From: Octopus bimaculoides
Lineage: Eukaryota
Direction: 5' to 3'
NCBI RefSeq assembly: GCF_001194135.2
Contig: NC_068983.1
Location: 58,702,420 to 58,766,294, forward strand
DNA length: 63,875 nucleotides
Shown: positions 60,571 through 63,875 of the stretch, one piece after another
How positions within the stretch are numbered: position 1 is the first letter of the stretch
Layout of the letters: each line of letters begins with the position of its first letter
Program-made: the position numbers and the translations under genes
The notes under the pieces: generated by a model
Told to the model about the DNA's origin: nothing
Database searches by the model: none
The model's input: only the letters and a program-made list of their open reading frames with translations

Positions 60571-61289
60571 TAATAAGGGTTTTAATGAGAGTGAGTTCCC
60601 GTAATGTAACTCTTTTTTTTTCTTTTATAAATACACGAGAAGTGAGTGAAGACTATTTATACGGTACAAAACTCATATCAAACTCGAAGATTTTACACAA
60701 AGTTTTAAACAAAATTTTATTGGTCGTTTGAAAATCAACTAAAAATCTTAAGAATCGTATCAGAATGATCAAAAGATCTCTTGAATGAATAAACTAAAGA
60801 GAAAATTAACTGTAATGGTACTCAAAATTACCAATTATACACATTAAGATACTAAGAATTATGCACTCTTTTACGTCCTTCTAAGTTAATAGGACCTTAT
60901 TTCAGCAAAAAGCTTGCAAGGTTTTCGGTGTTGTGGGAAGCAATCTATTTTGTTAGTCCCTAATACTAAATTAGTATTTTGTGTTAGTTATCACTCCAAG
61001 AGATATATAATGCAAAGTTGACCTCATCGAGATTTGAAATCAGCACTTAAAGAGTCAGAAGGAAAAACGATAAATCTTTCTGCCCCAAACGATTTTGCCA
61101 GCTCGCCACGGATAATAATAACTCTTGCTGTTTATTTGCATCTATCATATTCGATCGATTACCTTTGTTACGATAAAGATCCCTAAAATCTGTTTGAAAT
61201 TTTTTTTATAAAAGAATATATTTATCGTAAACAAAAAAAAAAAAAAAACACCGAGATAGCTTATTGTTTTCGAACTAGGTATAATAGAA

Positions 61290-61720
61290 GTCATTATCGT
61301 GGGCTCTTTGATGTCAGCTTATCATCGTGTGGTGTGGTCGCCGTCCATCAATTGTTTGGTCAGCTTTTGGCTTTCCTACCACCTGTTGATTGGCACCTTT
61401 TGTGTCCGGTCTGGTGTCTGCCGTTTGTCAGTAGTGGCTAAAATGTGCTGAACATATAGTAGTGGTCTTGCTCAGATATAGTGTGCCAAAGATGAAGCTG
61501 CTTTTAGATCCGTTTCTACATGAATGGTTGAATTTTTTATGACTTTGGTAATATTCTAGCGAACCGTGATCGTATTCTAGAGTTTCTTTTGTTTTGTTTT
61601 TCTTTTCTTTACATCGGATAGACTGATCCGGGTTCGATTACTAAATATTCTTGCTACCTTTCTACATCTCACTCATAAAATCTTAAGGAGATGTTCAAGT
61701 CGTTTATTGTATGCTGGTGT
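61290..61720 (-). pseudogene. possible decayed LINE C-terminal relic
   Basis: Minus-strand remnants loosely resembling the RTE-type GRP...W.D end; weak. Confidence 0.2.
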
Positions 61721-63875
61721 TTTTTCTGTAATATTTGTACGTTTTGTGCTGCTTTGTAGCTGTTTGTTTGTCTGTGCTGTCCCTCCACATTTGAGGAGAG
61801 ATGGCTAAATCTTTAGCGAAAAACATGTTCTATTCAGACCCAAATGTGTCAGAACTATCGTCATCCAAGGAGATTGTAAGAGCAGTAGAAGTAATGGACA
61901 AGTGCCGAAAGAAGAAAAGTTTCGTAGAGGTAACAGAGGTTTCTAAAAAAAAGAGGTAGATCTGAAAAATTTAAGGAATTTCGAAAAAATGTAAGAGAAG
62001 TTGGTGACGTGAAATTGTCACTACCTCAGGAAATTATAAGAAACATGGAAGAAACGAAAATAGTGCATAAGGTTTATTCAGTTAAAGAAAAAGAAAATCG
62101 AAAGTGAACCTACGGAAGTGATAGAAAAGGCCAATCTTTCAAGATATGTTATTTTGTTTATTTTTTAAAAAAATGTTGCCAAAAACACCCGTTTTCGGAT
62201 ACGGAGGTTCCGGAAAATTGCCAAAAAACGGCATTGTTAAATTTCCCCCTTCCCCCCAAATTCTTCAATTTTGACTTTTTTCCCAAACACTAACCCTAAA
62301 ACCCTAACCGTACCTACAGAGATGTTTTGAAATTTTTGTCAGAATCGTGATGTCCGTATTTTTCTGCATATTTAGAAAGAAAAAAAATTCTTTAAAAATC
62401 ATTTTACCAAACTTTTTGAAAATTTCTGAAAAAAGTAAAAAATGAAGGAAATGGGAGTGGTAATTTAAAAATGCCTATTTTTNNNNNNNNNNNNNNNNNN
62501 NNNNNNNNNNNNNNNNNNNNNNNNNNNNNNNNNNNNNNNNNNNNNNNNNNNNNNNNNNNNNNNNNNNNNNNNNNNNNNNNNNNNNNNNNNNNNNNNNNNN
62601 NNNNNNNNNNNNNNNNNNNNNNNNNNNNNNNNNNNNNNNNNNNNNNNNNNNNNNNNNNNNNNNNNNNNNNNNNNNNNNNNNNNNNNNNNNNNNNNNNNNN
62701 NNNNNNNNNNNNNNNNNNNNNNNNNNNNNNNNNNNNNNNNNNNNNNNNNNNNNNNNNNNNNNNNNNNNNNNNNNNNNNNNNNNNNNNNNNNNNNNNNNNN
62801 NNNNNNNNNNNNNNNNNNNNNNNNNNNNNNNNNNNNNNNNNNNNNNNNNNNNNNNNNNNNNNNNNNNNNNNNNNNNNNNNNNNNNNNNNNNNNNNNNNNN
62901 NNNNNNNNNNNNNNNNNNNNNNNNNNNNNNNNNNNNNNNNNNNNNNNNNNNNNNNNNNNNNNNNNNNNNNNNNNNNNNNNNCATTTTCATTGTCATTCAT
63001 ATTTATCATATTTTTTAATTGTTATATGTCCCCACGTCTTGTATTGTCCCGTCTGCGTGCGCCCCTTGTGGGTAATAAAAAATCACACTCTTAAAAAAAT
63101 AAACTCTTGCTACACCTTCGTCACAGTTACACACATCACAGTACTGCATTGTATATTAGTTCTATGTCTATAGATCTGTTTAGTTCATTCAAGGTAGTTC
63201 AAAGGTGTATATATAAAATCTATGAACGAAAATGACAGATATCGTTGAGGAAAAATGAATTCGTCAGCAATTGAAATCTCGTAGGTTTTTATCGTAATTA
63301 CATGGTAAACCTTGAATATTTTAAATGTAAAAAAAGTATTAAAATCCTGTGCAATAATATTGTTCATCATGTTCAGCAGTAAATGGGCCTTCCTAATCAT
63401 TACAGTGAGTAATATTATTGTATAGAACCTCTTAATTATCATGGTTGTTAATTATAGTCTGCACACCATCATCTGCTATTCGCTCAGCATCATATCGTTC
63501 AACAAGATTTTCGTCTTCTTTGCTATACAGTACAATTCAAAATTCCAAATTTCTTGAGTGATGATAATTATATCACATCTGTTAATGTTATTAATAATTC
63601 ATTATTATTATGGAGGTGTGTGTGTGTGTATGAATGAATGAGAGGTACAGGGTTCGATTCTCTGAATAAAGACCTGCTGACTGCTTTTTTTCCGTTTTCT
63701 AATGGGAATATAACTGATTTACTAAACTGTCTTCACAGCCATCCTGCATTCGAGAATTCCTTTATTTCCCACACACGCGAATCATCTATTTCCTATGTGC
63801 AAATCGTCTAAGAGACTAGAAGTCAGGGAGATCAGCTGTGATAGGTATTTAATACTATAAATTTCGGATTATATA

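Noticed and set aside
62290-62309. Telomere-like CTAACCCTAAAACCCTAACC
   Set aside because: Only about three imperfect units in low-quality sequence next to a gap; such motifs also occur in Helentron-type repeats.

Overview
AT-rich, microsatellite-saturated animal genomic DNA from a draft assembly (8 N-gaps). The repeat families match my recollection of Octopus/coleoid cephalopod repeats; this is inference, not a database match. There are no rRNA genes, true tRNA genes or CRISPR arrays. The window is dominated by at least five SINE-like families: A (tRNA head, CORE-like body, internal microsatellite), B/B' (two tRNA heads sharing one 3' module), C (RTE-LINE tail with tandem hairpins), D (tRNA-like head) and H (tRNA head plus a hammerhead-ribozyme-like 3' module). 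It also holds a 4.7-kb RT-deleted Tx1/L1-group LINE inside a (GATA)n tract, a decayed RTE LINE, several decayed restriction-like-endonuclease (R4/Dong-type) LINE 3' ends tied to (AAT)n or (ATAC)n, two decayed mariner transposons, a TA-flanked MITE, Helentron/DINE-like elements and a near-perfect 251-bp palindrome. Seven small, phase-compatible GT-AG exons on the minus strand (37525 to 18852) suggest an unidentified host gene, at low to moderate confidence. The most notable signals are family H, a candidate self-cleaving SINE carrying a minimal dimer-type hammerhead, and the apparent partitioning of microsatellite targets among different LINE clades.
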